DNA of 64,000 nt from positions 20,214,001 through 20,278,000 of the forward strand of contig NC_058383.1 of the NCBI RefSeq assembly GCF_018350175.1, read 5' to 3'. The notes under the pieces were generated by a model. That model was not told the DNA's origin and made no database searches. It saw only the letters and a program-made list of their open reading frames with translations. Origin of the DNA: Felis catus (Eukaryota). Shown here one piece after another: positions 62,361 to 64,000 of this stretch (within the stretch, counting starts at the first letter, position 1; the number at the start of each line of letters is the position of its first letter). The translations under genes were made by a program, and so were the position numbers.

Positions 62361-63936
62361 ACCACTACCCCCAGGGAGGACACCCTACCCCTGTCCCCAC
62401 CCCCATCCATGGACTCTCACCTTTGCCCCTCACAGCTCGGATATGACAGCCAAGCCCCCAGCCCCTTTCTCTGGACCTATCTTCTCCCAGCTCAGTGCTG
62501 TTGCTAGATTCTTGACAATGTCTCTCACGTGTTTGCCCTTGACCTGTGGCCTGGCGTGGGGGAATCCCAACCTGGTTTCTGGCCTCTGCCTGGACCTGGG
62601 GCTGTCATCTGGAGCGCAACGGTGGCGATCATCCTCCTCAAGGTCATGGCCGCTGTGGCACAGCCTCTCCTAACCGAACCTTGCTCTGCACTTTCCTCCA
62701 CCCCACCCCTTAGAACTAGGAGTCCATACGGTGGCCCCTTTCCACCCTGCCTCCTTCTGAGCCCTGTAGGGCTGCCCTCTTCCCAAGTGGGAGTCAGCAG
62801 GAGCATAGCCTCTGGTCCTCACGACTAAGAGAGCTATTCTAGCAGACGTATGAGCTTACCATCTGCCATGCATTGAGCAAAGGGCTCTCTGGTATTAACT
62901 CATTTAACCCTCCGTGGCGTTCTCTGAGCAGGGGTGTTGTGACTCCGTGTTGAGGTCAGGGATACTCGAGTTCAGGGCAGAAGAATTACGTGTGATGTGG
63001 CAGGGCTAAGTTTAAGTTCTGGCCTGTGGGACTCCTACGTCTGTGCTCTCCACCACGAACACCTGAACCTGCACAGAGCCCTGCATTGCCAGCCTTCCTG
63101 TCCCTTCCAGCCCCATGACTTCAGACTCCAGCCAGCACCCTCCCTGCTCCGTCCCTCGACCACCCCTTCCCATCCTGAAGGTCGTGCTGTCGGGCTTCAT
63201 TTCTTCTCCTTGATTTTATATTGTCTCCTATTCCTGTGAAGGGACCAGCCGGGAGCAACAGAGTGACAAGGGTGGGGAGGCTGGTAAGTTTCCAGAAGCT
63301 CACAGAGGCCCATCCCATCGTCCCTGCCCGCTGTCGTCTGGTCGCTGGTGCGCTCCTGGTGTGGTCCTTGGAAGCTCATTAGGGCCTGAGCCCTTTATTC
63401 TGAGTTTGGGGATCATCTCCTGCCCCCCTCTTCTCAGCACTTCCGGCCCTTGAACAACGGACACGCCACACCCCTCTCCTGTTCACCTGGGACATTTGGT
63501 CAGTAGCAAAAATTGGTTAGGGTCTGTAGAATCCTCCTCTGGTCCCCGTCCTCCACCAGGCAGGTCACAGCAGAGACGGGAGGACAGCATGAGACCCGGA
63601 AGTCACAAAACCACATGGTGAGTGTGTCCGAAAGGCCCAAGATCACTCTGGGCTCCCCCCACCCTCTGCTCACTAGGCGTCCTGGGGCAAGTTAATGCAT
63701 GTGTCGGTCTCAGTTTCCTCATTCAGGGTCAGAGCAGGGTGAGGGGAGCATGGAACCAATATTCGCTTTGTTGTGAGCAGTCCATGCGAAGGCATGGGTC
63801 CCAGGGACAGGCACATGGAGCGTCTCACTCACAGTCACGTTACTTAGTATTAATAATTGTCATAATTATATTATGCGACATTATTAAGCGCAATGATCGT
63901 TGTACTGATCCTAGTGATAATGATAATTTTTCGTGA

Positions 63937-63982
63937 AGATGGTGATGGTGATGGTGATGGATGGATGGATGGATGGATGATG
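63937..63982. repeat. (GATGGT)n/(GGAT)n microsatellite
   Basis: Directly visible. Confidence 0.9.
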
Positions 63983-64000
63983 GCCGGGAAAATTTCCCAG

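Noticed and set aside
34045..63625. Several consensus GTAAGT/GTGAGT donors (about 34053, 38330, 61833, 63618)
   Set aside because: No linked acceptor or reading frame could be assigned; such matches are expected by chance.
1..64000. CRISPR array, rRNA, operon-like or other prokaryotic systems
   Set aside because: Mammalian DNA; repeats are dispersed SINE/LINE/LTR elements and microsatellites, with no repeat-spacer array.

Overview
Mammalian genomic DNA, almost certainly from a cat or other felid: it carries about 25 tRNA-derived Can-SINEs of SINEC_Fc type and young L1_Fc-like 3' ends. The window is GC/CpG-rich and I find no intact protein-coding gene; the ORF track is explained by repeats, low-complexity sequence and chance. 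It is dense in old eutherian repeats (L2, MIR, MLT1/MLT2, MER20, MER31, LTR33-like, old L1), with two CpG-rich promoter-like blocks (~5.3-5.9 kb, ~13.2-15.3 kb) and several repeat-free, motif-dense blocks that look like developmental enhancers. The most interesting signal is at ~1-4.7 kb. On the minus strand, manual translation through stops and frameshifts gives remnants of a class III (ERV-L/spumavirus-related, avian Ovex1-like) gag followed directly by env, with no pol and no visible LTR. The remnant keeps a clean splice acceptor in front of env, is split by an L2 (so it is probably very old) and lies just downstream of a CpG promoter. All repeat and protein family calls are by eye from remembered consensus motifs, not from database searches; boundaries are approximate.
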